Below are positions 1 to 8,925 of a stretch of DNA of 64,000 nucleotides, piece by piece. This DNA is from an uncultured Mycoplasmatota bacterium (lineage in GTDB: Bacteria; Bacillota_I; Bacilli_A; RF39; UBA660). Within the stretch, counting starts at the first letter, position 1, and every line of letters begins with the position of its first letter. The notes beneath the pieces were generated by a model, which ran no database searches, was not told the origin of the DNA, and worked only from the letters and a program-made list of their open reading frames with translations. The stretch lies in the NCBI GenBank assembly GCA_946403755.1, contig CAMJBC010000004.1, forward strand, positions 44,157 through 108,156, read 5' to 3'. The position numbers and the translations under genes are program-made.

Positions 1-894
1 ACATGGTGAAACAGGATGAGTTGCCTTTGAAAGATCCACACATACTTTTTCATCTGAATCTGTTCCTTCTAATTCTCCTTTTGTTTTTTCTACTCCTTTT
101 GTACATTCCATTTTAGCTGCTATTGCGTTTACGGTTTCTCTAAAATAGCATTTGCCATCTTCTAAAACCCAATCTCTATTACAAACTAATTTCTCAGTTG
201 TTGTTCCTTCTGCTTGTTCATAACATTTACCATCTTGTTCAAAATATCCTTCTGGACATACTTGCCCATCTTTTAATGGCTCTCTTCTTAATTCTTTAAT
301 ACAAAAATCTCCATCTAAAGTATATCCAGTATCACAATATACACCTCTTTGTTTTGTTTCTTCTAATTCATCAACTGGTTTTTCTATTAATACTTCTGCA
401 TCAATATTTTCATTTTCTTTAGTAATAGTATTTATGTATGATGCTTTAGCAGGTGAAACACCATGTTTACTTGCAAACTCTTCATCTTCTTTTGTAACAT
501 TTTCTACAACAATGATATTCGTTTGTATATTTCTTTCTTCAAATGATTTTGATAATACTGTTTCAACTTCTCTATTATTTATTCCTTCAGCATGAATAAT
601 TATTGTAGTAAAATCTTTTACAAAACCTTTATCAATAACATTATGAGTTATTTTATCTAATGCATTATTTAGATCTAATCCTTCTAGACTATCATCAACA
701 ATAACTTTAGCGTCATCATTTAATGGTATTACATTTACTACTTCATTATTCTTGTTTAGTTGCAATTCTATACTTGGATTAATATCTAATGTAATAGTAG
801 ATACAATTTTATTATTATTTAATATAAACCAAGTTAACCCACAAATTACCAATACTAATAATATTACAATTGGTATTATTATTTTCTTTTTCAT
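1..894 (-). CDS. Signal-anchored extracellular protein with Cys-repeat units (5' part only; gene runs off the left edge)
   Basis: Absent from the ORF track because it is open at the window edge. Hand translation of the minus strand from ATG 894-892 (RBS AGGTGA 5 nt upstream) gives MKKKIIIPIVILLVLVICGLTWFILNNNKIV... It has one N-terminal TM helix, then repeated C-x2-G-Y-x(4-6)-C units (CDTGYTLDGDFC, CPEGYFEQDGKC, CNRDWVLEDGKC). I checked all 298 in-frame codons down to position 1 and found no stop. Confidence 0.7.
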   Translation of the reverse strand, partial: MKKKIIIPIVILLVLVICGLTWFILNNNKIVSTITLDINPSIELQLNKNNEVVNVIPLNDDAKVIVDDSLEGLDLNNALDKITHNVIDKGFVKDFTTIIIHAEGINNREVETVLSKSFEERNIQTNIIVVENVTKEDEEFASKHGVSPAKASYINTITKENENIDAEVLIEKPVDELEETKQRGVYCDTGYTLDGDFCIKELRREPLKDGQVCPEGYFEQDGKCYEQAEGTTTEKLVCNRDWVLEDGKCYFRETVNAIAAKMECTKGVEKTKGELEGTDSDEKVCVDLSKATHPVSPC

Positions 895-920
895 ATTATT
901 CACCTATTTTAATTATAATA

Positions 921-950
921 AAAAAACACTTTTAAGAAAAGTGTTTTTTA
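921..950 (-). terminator. Rho-independent terminator after the M48 protease gene
   Basis: Hairpin ACACTTTT-aag-AAAAGTGT flanked by an A-run and a T-run; it overlaps the stop codon at 948. Confidence 0.6.
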
Positions 951-2531
951 TAAAACTGATAATGCAATTAATACAATTGCTACTATTCCAAAAGTAATAT
1001 ACATAGATTTAGATAATCCATATGTCCATATTTTCTTAGTTTGTCCATCTACTGTATATTCTTTTATTTCTACATATGGAACAGGACTTCTTCTGTACCA
1101 TCCTTTTACTGTTACTTCTTTATCAAAATATTCTTTTGATTTAAATATAGCAAATATTTTATTAATAATATTTAATGGTTGATTATAATCTAAAAATATA
1201 ATACCTGTTTTATCTTTTACAATAAAATCTTCATTAAATATACATCCTGGATTTCCTCTACCAATAATAGTACCAGTTAATATACAAGGTATTGAAGTAA
1301 CATGTGAAACTTTAACTTCACCAAGTAAATCTCTTACAGTTGTTTCTTTATAATCTTTATTTTTATGTGCTCTATTAAATCCAATATAAGCTGTAGCTAC
1401 AGTTAATAATAAACCTATTCCAACTACCATCATAATTCTAGTATTAAATATAAATGCAGCTACTACTGTTAATAATACACAAAGTGTTGGTAAAAATTTA
1501 ATTAATAATTCAATAAAGAAATCATCAACATAACTTTCTGGTTTTTCTAAATCAAATACAATATATGGTCTTTGATTAAATTCTTCACTACGTTTAGAAA
1601 TAGCAATTAGTCTTCTTGAAATTAATGGGTGAGTAGAATTTAATTGGAACCATAATGCCCATGGATTCCACATTTCCCATTTCATAGCATTTTTAATATG
1701 TGTCTCTGATATTTGATTATTTTCATCTGTACATGTTACTACTAAAGATTTAGATGTTGCTGAATCAAATATACCTAAAGCATTCTTTTTATTAACATCA
1801 TGTTTTCCTTTTTTCTCTGCTGTACTTAATCCAAAACCTATTTTAACTAATGCACTAGCTAATGAATTAGGATTTTTAGTTTCTTCAAGTGAGAATTCAT
1901 CAGCATAATACTCTCTTGTTCTAGATAACCATAAAATAATATATTGACTAATTATATATAAAATATATGCTATCCAACCTACTATAGCTGCTTTATTATT
2001 ATCACTATCACTACTATTGCTTCTTGCAAATATTTCATAAATTGCATATAAAACTAATGGTACTACTTGTACTGCAGTCATAAATAACATATCGTAATGT
2101 ACTACATGTCCAAGTTCATGAGCAACTACTGCTTTTACTTCTTCTTCTGTTAATAATTCATATATTCCTCTTGTAATAACAATTCTAGCATCATTTTTAG
2201 TTCTACCATATGTAAATGCATTTGGTCCACCATCATCTATAACTGCTACACGAGGATTTTTCATATTATATTTTTTACATTCATCAAATAAGAATGATTT
2301 TAAATATTCTGGTAATTCAGCCTTAAAGTCAGCTTTATAAAATAATCTCATTGATAAATCTGTTAACCATGGAGATATTAAGAATTGAATAAATAATATA
2401 CAAATACTTATACCTACTCCAATTAACATATCAGCACCAATTAATTTAAATATTAATAATATTACTGCTGCTAAAAGTCCATATAAACAAGTTATTGTAA
2501 GTAATGAAACTCCTAATAATTTACTTTTCAT
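948..2531 (-). CDS. M48-family (HtpX/Ste24-like) membrane zinc metalloprotease with a long C-terminal extension
   Basis: HExxH motif in AVVAHELGHVVHYD and a downstream Glu in REYYADEFS. Several hydrophobic TM segments. RBS AAGGAGGA. The start lies 15 nt after the EF-Tu-like ORF. Confidence 0.8.
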   Translation of the reverse strand: MKSKLLGVSLLTITCLYGLLAAVILLIFKLIGADMLIGVGISICILFIQFLISPWLTDLSMRLFYKADFKAELPEYLKSFLFDECKKYNMKNPRVAVIDDGGPNAFTYGRTKNDARIVITRGIYELLTEEEVKAVVAHELGHVVHYDMLFMTAVQVVPLVLYAIYEIFARSNSSDSDNNKAAIVGWIAYILYIISQYIILWLSRTREYYADEFSLEETKNPNSLASALVKIGFGLSTAEKKGKHDVNKKNALGIFDSATSKSLVVTCTDENNQISETHIKNAMKWEMWNPWALWFQLNSTHPLISRRLIAISKRSEEFNQRPYIVFDLEKPESYVDDFFIELLIKFLPTLCVLLTVVAAFIFNTRIMMVVGIGLLLTVATAYIGFNRAHKNKDYKETTVRDLLGEVKVSHVTSIPCILTGTIIGRGNPGCIFNEDFIVKDKTGIIFLDYNQPLNIINKIFAIFKSKEYFDKEVTVKGWYRRSPVPYVEIKEYTVDGQTKKIWTYGLSKSMYITFGIVAIVLIALSVL

Positions 2532-2546
2532 ATTTTCCTCCTTATT

Positions 2547-4067
2547 TTATTCTATTACCTTATTAATTATACCAGCACCAACTGTTCTACCACCTTCACG
2601 AATAGAAAAATATGTTCCTTTTTCTATTGCCATTGGAGTGATTAATTCAACAGTCATATCAACATTGTCACCAGGCATAACCATTTCAGTACCTTCTGGT
2701 AATGTAACTACGCCAGTAACATCAGTTGTTCTAAAATAGAATTGTGGTCTATAGTTATTGAAGAACGGGGTATGACGTCCACCCTCTTCTTTAGATAATA
2801 TATATACAATAGCATTAAATTTTTTATATGATTTAATGCCACCTGGAACACTTAAAACTTGTCCACGCTCAACATCTTCTCTATTAATACCACTAAGAAT
2901 TATACCTACAGTATCACCAGCTACAGCTTTATCTGTTGTTTTTTGAAACATTTCAACACTTGTTACAGTGGATTTTTGTGTGTCCTTAATACCAACTATT
3001 TCAACAGGATTATTTACACTAATTTTACCTGTTTCAACACGACCTGTAACAACAGTTCCACGTCCTGTAATAGTAAACACATCTTCAATGCCCATTAAGA
3101 ATGGTTTTTCCTCTTTTGTTTGAGGACTTTCTATCCATTTATCTGTTGCTTCTATTAACTGCTTAACAGCATTAGTATCATTTGCTTTTCCAACAGTCAT
3201 TGGTGTAGCATTTGGATCAAAATTATAACTCTTTAGCAATTCTTTTACATCATCTTTCACAAGATTTATTGCACTATCATTTGATACATCATCATTTATA
3301 TATATTGAAACTTTTGATGCTCCTACTTTATTTAATATAGATAATTCTTCTCTCAATTGTGGTTGTATCCCAGCTGAAGCTTTTACAACTAATATAGCTC
3401 CATCTACTTCAATTCTACCTGTAATAGCTGATTTTACAAAATCTGCAAACCCACAATTATATGAAAAATACATTTTTCTACTTCCAACACTAATTTTTAC
3501 ACGTGTTAAATTTGTTAAAATGCCATTATCTACAGATCCAGCACATTTTTCAATGTCAGAAGCACTTACTTCTTTTCCATAAACTTTTGTAACTGTTGAT
3601 AATACTTCTTCTTTACCACTATTCACGTCACCAGTAAAAAATAAAGATAAATAGTCTTTGCTTCCCTTAACAAATGTATTACTTTCTGGGCTAGTAATAT
3701 TATTTAAATTATTATTGTTACTAGAATTATTATTTGTATTATCATTATTTTGAATATTGTTTTGATTTGTATTTATATTATTATTTTCTTTAGTTTTATT
3801 ACCATTCATTTTTAAAACTAATACTATTATTACAATTACCAATACTGCTATAACAGCTATAAAAATTATTGTATTATTTTTCTTCTTTTCTCCAACATTA
3901 TTTGAATTATCATTATTTGTATTACTCATTGGAGTAACACTTTCAATATTATTTTGAATAGATTCATTATTTTGAACCACTTCACCATTATTTTGAATTT
4001 GTTCTTGGCCAGGTGCATTATTTGTAACTGGTTCACTATTATTTTGATTAAAATTATTATCTTCCAT
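2547..4067 (-). CDS. Membrane-anchored EF-Tu paralogue with degenerate G motifs (pseudo-GTPase)
   Basis: Preferred start is ATG 4067 (RBS AGAGGA 5 nt upstream) rather than the track start 4097, which overlaps dtd. Order of parts: Asn-rich head, TM helix IIFIAVIAVLVIVIIVLVL, Asn-rich linker, EF-Tu-like body. G1 is GDVNSGKE (tuf GHVDHGKT), G3 is NCGFA (DCPGH), G4 is INDD (NKCD). Domains II/III are about 140/186 identical to the tuf at 24351-25520 by hand alignment. Confidence 0.85.
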   Translation of the reverse strand: MEDNNFNQNNSEPVTNNAPGQEQIQNNGEVVQNNESIQNNIESVTPMSNTNNDNSNNVGEKKKNNTIIFIAVIAVLVIVIIVLVLKMNGNKTKENNNINTNQNNIQNNDNTNNNSSNNNNLNNITSPESNTFVKGSKDYLSLFFTGDVNSGKEEVLSTVTKVYGKEVSASDIEKCAGSVDNGILTNLTRVKISVGSRKMYFSYNCGFADFVKSAITGRIEVDGAILVVKASAGIQPQLREELSILNKVGASKVSIYINDDVSNDSAINLVKDDVKELLKSYNFDPNATPMTVGKANDTNAVKQLIEATDKWIESPQTKEEKPFLMGIEDVFTITGRGTVVTGRVETGKISVNNPVEIVGIKDTQKSTVTSVEMFQKTTDKAVAGDTVGIILSGINREDVERGQVLSVPGGIKSYKKFNAIVYILSKEEGGRHTPFFNNYRPQFYFRTTDVTGVVTLPEGTEMVMPGDNVDMTVELITPMAIEKGTYFSIREGGRTVGAGIINKVIE

Positions 4068-4080
4068 TTTTATCCTCTTT

Positions 4081-4530
4081 TCATTTAAATAACTCATTAC
4101 TATCTAAAACAATAGTAACTGGTCCATCATTATATATTTCTACTTTCATATCAGCACCAAATATTCCTGTTTCTACTATTACATATTCTCTTAGTTTTTC
4201 ATTGAACATATCATATAATTTAGTAGCTTCAGCAGGATTTAATGCTTCTGTGAAAGATGGACGTCTTCCTTCTTTACAATTAGCATATAAAGTAAATTGA
4301 CTAATACTTAATATACTTCCATTAACATCAAGAATACTTAAATTTATTTTACCTTGATCATCTTCAAATATTCTTAAGTTAACTATTTTATTAACCATTT
4401 TATCTATAATAGCTTCATTGTCACCTTCAGTAAAGCCTACAAGAACTACATATCCATGATCAATTTCTCCATTTACTTTACCATCTATTGTAACTTTACT
4501 TTTTTTACTTCTTTGTATTACTGCTCTCAT
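4081..4530 (-). CDS. dtd: D-aminoacyl-tRNA deacylase
   Basis: 149 aa reading MRAVIQR...VVLVGF...SQFTLYA...GRRPSF...GPVTI, typical of Dtd. TAATG overlap with the rel stop, the classical rel-dtd pairing. Ends in TGA. Confidence 0.9.
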   Translation of the reverse strand: MRAVIQRSKKSKVTIDGKVNGEIDHGYVVLVGFTEGDNEAIIDKMVNKIVNLRIFEDDQGKINLSILDVNGSILSISQFTLYANCKEGRRPSFTEALNPAEATKLYDMFNEKLREYVIVETGIFGADMKVEIYNDGPVTIVLDSNELFK

Positions 4531-6602
4531 TAAATAAATATCCTTTCTACTTCTCTAACATTACTTATTGTTTTAACTTCATCTAGGAAATTTGTAAGAG
4601 AAGAAATATTTTTAACTTTAACACTCAAATCATAAAATAATTCTTTATTTCTATTTATTAAATTAATTGAGTCAACAATAATATCTGATTTAGTAGCAAG
4701 TGTAATAATTTTAAGAAGTATATCACTAACATCTTCTACATATACTTTTACTTTAGCAGAATATCTATTATCTAAATTTTCTTCCCATTTAGCTTCAATA
4801 ATTCTTTCACTATCCAAGTCTATATTAGGACAGTTTTTAGAGTGAATTTTAACTCCATATCCACGAGTTATATATCCTACTATTTCTTCTCCATAAACTG
4901 GATTACAACATGTAGCAAGAGTTGATAATATATCTGTTGAACCTGCTATTATAATACCATTTGAATTTTTATTACCTTTCTTTGGTAATTGTTTAATTTT
5001 TGGTTTTTCTTCTTTTACTTCTAATTTATTTAATAATGTAGATGGAAGAACTTTAAATGTTGATACTGAGAAATATATATCATCTAAATTATCTAATTTA
5101 TATGCTTTACATAATTTATCTATATTTTCATCATTAAATAATTCATTTAAATCAACATTTCTCTTCTTACATTCATTATTAAGCATTTCATGTCCAGTAG
5201 CAATATATTTTTCTCTTTCTTTTTTGTAATAGTATGCTTTAATTCTACTTTTAGCTGTATCAGTTTTAACTATTTTTAACCAGCCTTTTGATGGAGCATG
5301 TCCTTTTTGAGTAATTAATTCTACTAAATCTCCATCTTGTAATTCATAGTCTAATTTAACCATTTTTCTATTAACTAAAGCACCTGTTGTTGTATTACCT
5401 ACTTCACTATGAATTTTATATGCAAAATCTATTGGTGTTGCTCCACTAGGTAGTTCAATAATATCTCCTTTTGGAGTATAAACATATATTTCACTTCTTT
5501 TTAATTCATCTTTTATATTAACAAAGAAATCCATATTTTGTTCAATATCATTTGCTTCTACTAATACTCTAAATTGTTCTAATATTTTATCTAAATTATT
5601 TTTAACACTACCATCTGTTTTTTCTTTATAGCTCCAGTGTGATGCTACACCTTTTTCAGCTATTTCATCCATTTCATAAGTTCTTACTTGAACTTCATAT
5701 ATTCTTTTATCTTCACCAAAAACAGTAGTATGTAAACTTTGATATAAATTTGGTTTTGGATTTGCTATATAGTCTTTAAATCTATTTGGTATTGGTGAAT
5801 ATTTAGCTTGTACTAAGCCTACTACTCTATAACAATCTTCAACTGTATCTACTAAAACTCTTAGTCCTAGTAAATCATATATATCATTCCAAGCTTTACC
5901 TGCTTTTAATTTATTATAAATTCCACGAACAGATTTTACTCTTGATAATATTTCATATTTAATATTATGCTCATTTAATATTTGCATAATTTCATATTTC
6001 ATTTTTGATAATGATTTTTCAAGTTCTGTTTTAGAAGAATTAATTCTATCTAATACTCTATTATATTCTTCTGGATCAGTGTATTGAAGACATAAATCTT
6101 CCATTTCACTTTTCATTTTTTTCATACCAAGTCTATGTGCTATTGGTATATATATATTTTGAGTTTCATCAATTATGTATTGTTGATGAACTTCATCATG
6201 TACTTTTAATGTTCTTAAATTATGAAGTCTATCTGCAAATTTAATAAATAAAGTTGCTGGATTTTCAGATAAACCTACTATAATTCTTCTATATTTTTCT
6301 GGATTATTTATTTTAAATGTTTGTTTTAAATTACTTATTTTAGTAATTGATAAAACTATATCAGCTGCATCTTTTCCAAACATTTCTTCTATTTCTTCAT
6401 AAGTCATTTTATTTAAAGAAATAGCTTCGTGTATTAATGCACAACCTATTGTTTCTGAATCCATTTTTAAAGCAGCTAAAATATAAGCTACATTTATAGG
6501 ATGAAGAATATAATCATCACCTGTTTTTCTCTTCATCCCATCATATATTATTTTAGCTTGTTCATAATACCTATCAATATAGTCTATATATTCTTGTTCC
6601 AT
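4530..6602 (-). CDS. relA: Long RelA/SpoT-homologue (p)ppGpp synthetase; hydrolase motifs look degenerate
   Basis: Synthetase signature DYIANPKPNLYQSLHTTV...YEVQVRTYEMDEIAEKGVASHW. TGS- and ACT-like C-terminal half. The N-terminal HD region reads HPINVA...LIHEAISLN where Firmicute Rel has LHDVVEDT. No obvious SD before the ATG. Confidence 0.85.
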   Translation of the reverse strand: MEQEYIDYIDRYYEQAKIIYDGMKRKTGDDYILHPINVAYILAALKMDSETIGCALIHEAISLNKMTYEEIEEMFGKDAADIVLSITKISNLKQTFKINNPEKYRRIIVGLSENPATLFIKFADRLHNLRTLKVHDEVHQQYIIDETQNIYIPIAHRLGMKKMKSEMEDLCLQYTDPEEYNRVLDRINSSKTELEKSLSKMKYEIMQILNEHNIKYEILSRVKSVRGIYNKLKAGKAWNDIYDLLGLRVLVDTVEDCYRVVGLVQAKYSPIPNRFKDYIANPKPNLYQSLHTTVFGEDKRIYEVQVRTYEMDEIAEKGVASHWSYKEKTDGSVKNNLDKILEQFRVLVEANDIEQNMDFFVNIKDELKRSEIYVYTPKGDIIELPSGATPIDFAYKIHSEVGNTTTGALVNRKMVKLDYELQDGDLVELITQKGHAPSKGWLKIVKTDTAKSRIKAYYYKKEREKYIATGHEMLNNECKKRNVDLNELFNDENIDKLCKAYKLDNLDDIYFSVSTFKVLPSTLLNKLEVKEEKPKIKQLPKKGNKNSNGIIIAGSTDILSTLATCCNPVYGEEIVGYITRGYGVKIHSKNCPNIDLDSERIIEAKWEENLDNRYSAKVKVYVEDVSDILLKIITLATKSDIIVDSINLINRNKELFYDLSVKVKNISSLTNFLDEVKTISNVREVERIFI

Positions 6603-6664
6603 GTATGTTTTTAATAGGTCTTTTAATTCTCTGTATTCGTGATCTTTGATAATATCACATCCTT

Positions 6665-8914
6665 TTAATCATTTATTCCTTTAATCTTTAATTCTTGAGG
6701 ACCATCATCATCATCTTCTTCAGGTCTATTCATAGTTTTGCTTTCAAGAACCATCCAAATTCTAGGACCAATTAATAATGATGAAATAGTACCTGCGATT
6801 AATCCTATTAAAATAGCTAAATTAAATGTAAAAATATCATTTAAACCTACACTTAATAATGTAATAACAGAAACAACAGTAGTTACACTAGTCCATAAGT
6901 TTCTATTAAATGTTGTTGAACTAGATTCATTTACAAGTTTTTCTAATTCATCATATGTAAGTTTCTTTCTATTATGATATAGTTTTTTCTTATTAGCTCT
7001 AATTCTATCAAATACAACAATAGTATCATTAATAGAATAACCAATTATTGTAAGAAGAGCTGCTACTATAATAAAATCTACACTAACATTAAATATAGCA
7101 AATAATGCAAGTATTATTAATACATCATGTATTAACATTAATATACCAGTAATAGCATAATTAAAGTTAAATCTAATTACCATATATATTACTATTGCAA
7201 TAATTGCATATATTAATGACATAATAGCATTCTTAGTTAAACTTTCTGTTACTAAAGTACTAATTTCACTAGAAGAAGATTCAATACCTAAATCAAGTAA
7301 TTTATTTTTTACTTCTATTTCATTTTCTTCTTCTAATATATTATTAAGAACAATATATCCTTCTTTTTGAGTACCTACATAGTAATCATAATCTCTTATA
7401 TCATAATCTTTAACTATTTCTTTTACTTTATCAAAATTAATATCTTTTTCACTAGATAAAACAATATTAGTTCCACCAGTAAAATCTACTCCAAAGTTAA
7501 ATCCTCTTACTATTGCAAAAGCTATACCTACAGCTATTATACATACAGATAATATCATAGGTCTTCTAGCTTGTTTAACATAATCTATATCTCTATGTCC
7601 TCTAATTTTACCAAATAATGCACTTTGTTTTTCATTAAAGAATTTAGAGTTAACTGCCATACTTAATAATAATCTATAAAGAATTACTGCAGCAAAAACA
7701 GTTACAAATATAGTAATTATTAACATAGTAGCAAATCCTTTTACTGAAGATTCACCAAATATATATAAAACTATACCTGCTATTAATGTAGTAATATTAG
7801 CATCTACTATAGCTACTAAACTACTCTTAATACCTTCTTTATATGATTTAACTAAATTACTATTACCATATAATTCATCTTTAATTCTTTCATTAGAAAT
7901 AATTATTGAATCTACAGCCATACCAATACCTAGTACTAATGCTGCAATACCAGTTAATGTTAAAACTCCATCAACTGCATTAAATAATACAAATACAAGT
8001 AATGCATATACAAATAAGCATATACTTCCTAGAAGTCCACTTACTCTATATTTAAATATTAAAATAAGTGAAATAATAATAAATGTAATAATACCAGCAA
8101 GTCCAGTTTTAGAAATTGTTTCTGATCCAAATGCTGGAGAAACACTTTTTGGTGTTGCTTCTTCAACTAATTTAGTTGGTAAAGATCCACTATTAATTAA
8201 ATCAGCTAAATATTGAGCATCATCTTTAGTGAAGTTTCCTGTAATAACAACACTCTTACTACTTAAACCTTCATTTACATATGCTGCTGATATACATCTC
8301 ATATCATTACAAGCATTTTTTTCACCATAGTCTTCTACTCTTCTTTTATATGAATCATTTTCTTCATCAAAATCTAACCAAGTAATCATCAAATTTTCAC
8401 CTGTTCCAGATTTTGCTGCTATTGCTTTAGTTACTTCATAAAATTTAGAAGTATCTTTTATATCTAATTTAACTTGATAAGTAAATATTTGACCACTAGA
8501 AGAAGTATTTTGTTCAATAGTTGCTCTATTACCTAACACTTCACTTGTTAATAATAAATTATCATCTACGTCTCTAAAAGATAGTACAGCTGTTGTACTA
8601 ATTCTTTGTCTTGCTTCTTCTTCATTAGATACTCCAGGTAATTGTATTCTAATTAAATTATCTCCTTCAAAATTAATAACTGGTTCTGAAACACCTAATG
8701 TATCTATTCTATTAGAAATAGCTGTATAAGTATTTTTTAAATCAGTTTCATCTATAGTATCATTAGCATCAAGTGGTTCTATTCTATAAAGAATTTCAAA
8801 TCCTCCTTGTAAATCAATACCATAAGATATATCTTTAATAGTAGGTTTTATTAAGTATGCTCCTGCTAATAAAATGATGATTATAACTATTAGTAATTTG
8901 TATATTTTTTTCAT
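6665..8914 (-). CDS. secDF: Protein translocase subunit SecDF (fused)
   Basis: 749 aa. Signal anchor, large periplasmic-type loop, then two blocks of six TM helices with SecD/SecF motifs (GIGMAVDSIII, GYSINDTIVVFDRIR). RBS AGGAGG. Confidence 0.9.
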   Translation of the reverse strand: MKKIYKLLIVIIIILLAGAYLIKPTIKDISYGIDLQGGFEILYRIEPLDANDTIDETDLKNTYTAISNRIDTLGVSEPVINFEGDNLIRIQLPGVSNEEEARQRISTTAVLSFRDVDDNLLLTSEVLGNRATIEQNTSSSGQIFTYQVKLDIKDTSKFYEVTKAIAAKSGTGENLMITWLDFDEENDSYKRRVEDYGEKNACNDMRCISAAYVNEGLSSKSVVITGNFTKDDAQYLADLINSGSLPTKLVEEATPKSVSPAFGSETISKTGLAGIITFIIISLILIFKYRVSGLLGSICLFVYALLVFVLFNAVDGVLTLTGIAALVLGIGMAVDSIIISNERIKDELYGNSNLVKSYKEGIKSSLVAIVDANITTLIAGIVLYIFGESSVKGFATMLIITIFVTVFAAVILYRLLLSMAVNSKFFNEKQSALFGKIRGHRDIDYVKQARRPMILSVCIIAVGIAFAIVRGFNFGVDFTGGTNIVLSSEKDINFDKVKEIVKDYDIRDYDYYVGTQKEGYIVLNNILEEENEIEVKNKLLDLGIESSSSEISTLVTESLTKNAIMSLIYAIIAIVIYMVIRFNFNYAITGILMLIHDVLIILALFAIFNVSVDFIIVAALLTIIGYSINDTIVVFDRIRANKKKLYHNRKKLTYDELEKLVNESSSTTFNRNLWTSVTTVVSVITLLSVGLNDIFTFNLAILIGLIAGTISSLLIGPRIWMVLESKTMNRPEEDDDDGPQELKIKGIND

Positions 8915-8925
8915 AAATCCTCCTG

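Noticed and set aside
752-997. 81-aa plus-strand ORF from the track
   Set aside because: It is antisense to the clearly coding edge-truncated minus-strand gene (1-894). It runs through the RBS and terminator region and has a low-complexity Ile/Leu/Asn/Phe composition typical of AT-rich antisense frames.
2859-3098. Antisense ORFs inside the EF-Tu-like gene and tuf (2859-3098, 24340-24543, 24871-25164) and alternative-frame ORF 24512-24733
   Set aside because: They are embedded in unambiguous EF-Tu coding sequence and have no independent signals.
4081-4083. Possibility that the organism uses genetic code 4 (TGA=Trp), given the very low GC
   Set aside because: dtd ends at a TGA exactly where Dtd proteins end. 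Trp positions in EF-Tu, EF-G and ValRS are TGG. Long conserved ORFs are intact under code 11.
2547-4097. The second EF-Tu-like gene considered as an ordinary tufB duplicate or a decaying pseudogene
   Set aside because: It is not an ordinary duplicate, because it has an N-terminal TM segment and all G motifs are altered. It is not an obvious pseudogene either. The 500+ codon frame is intact, it has a good RBS and tight operon spacing, and domains II/III are strongly conserved.
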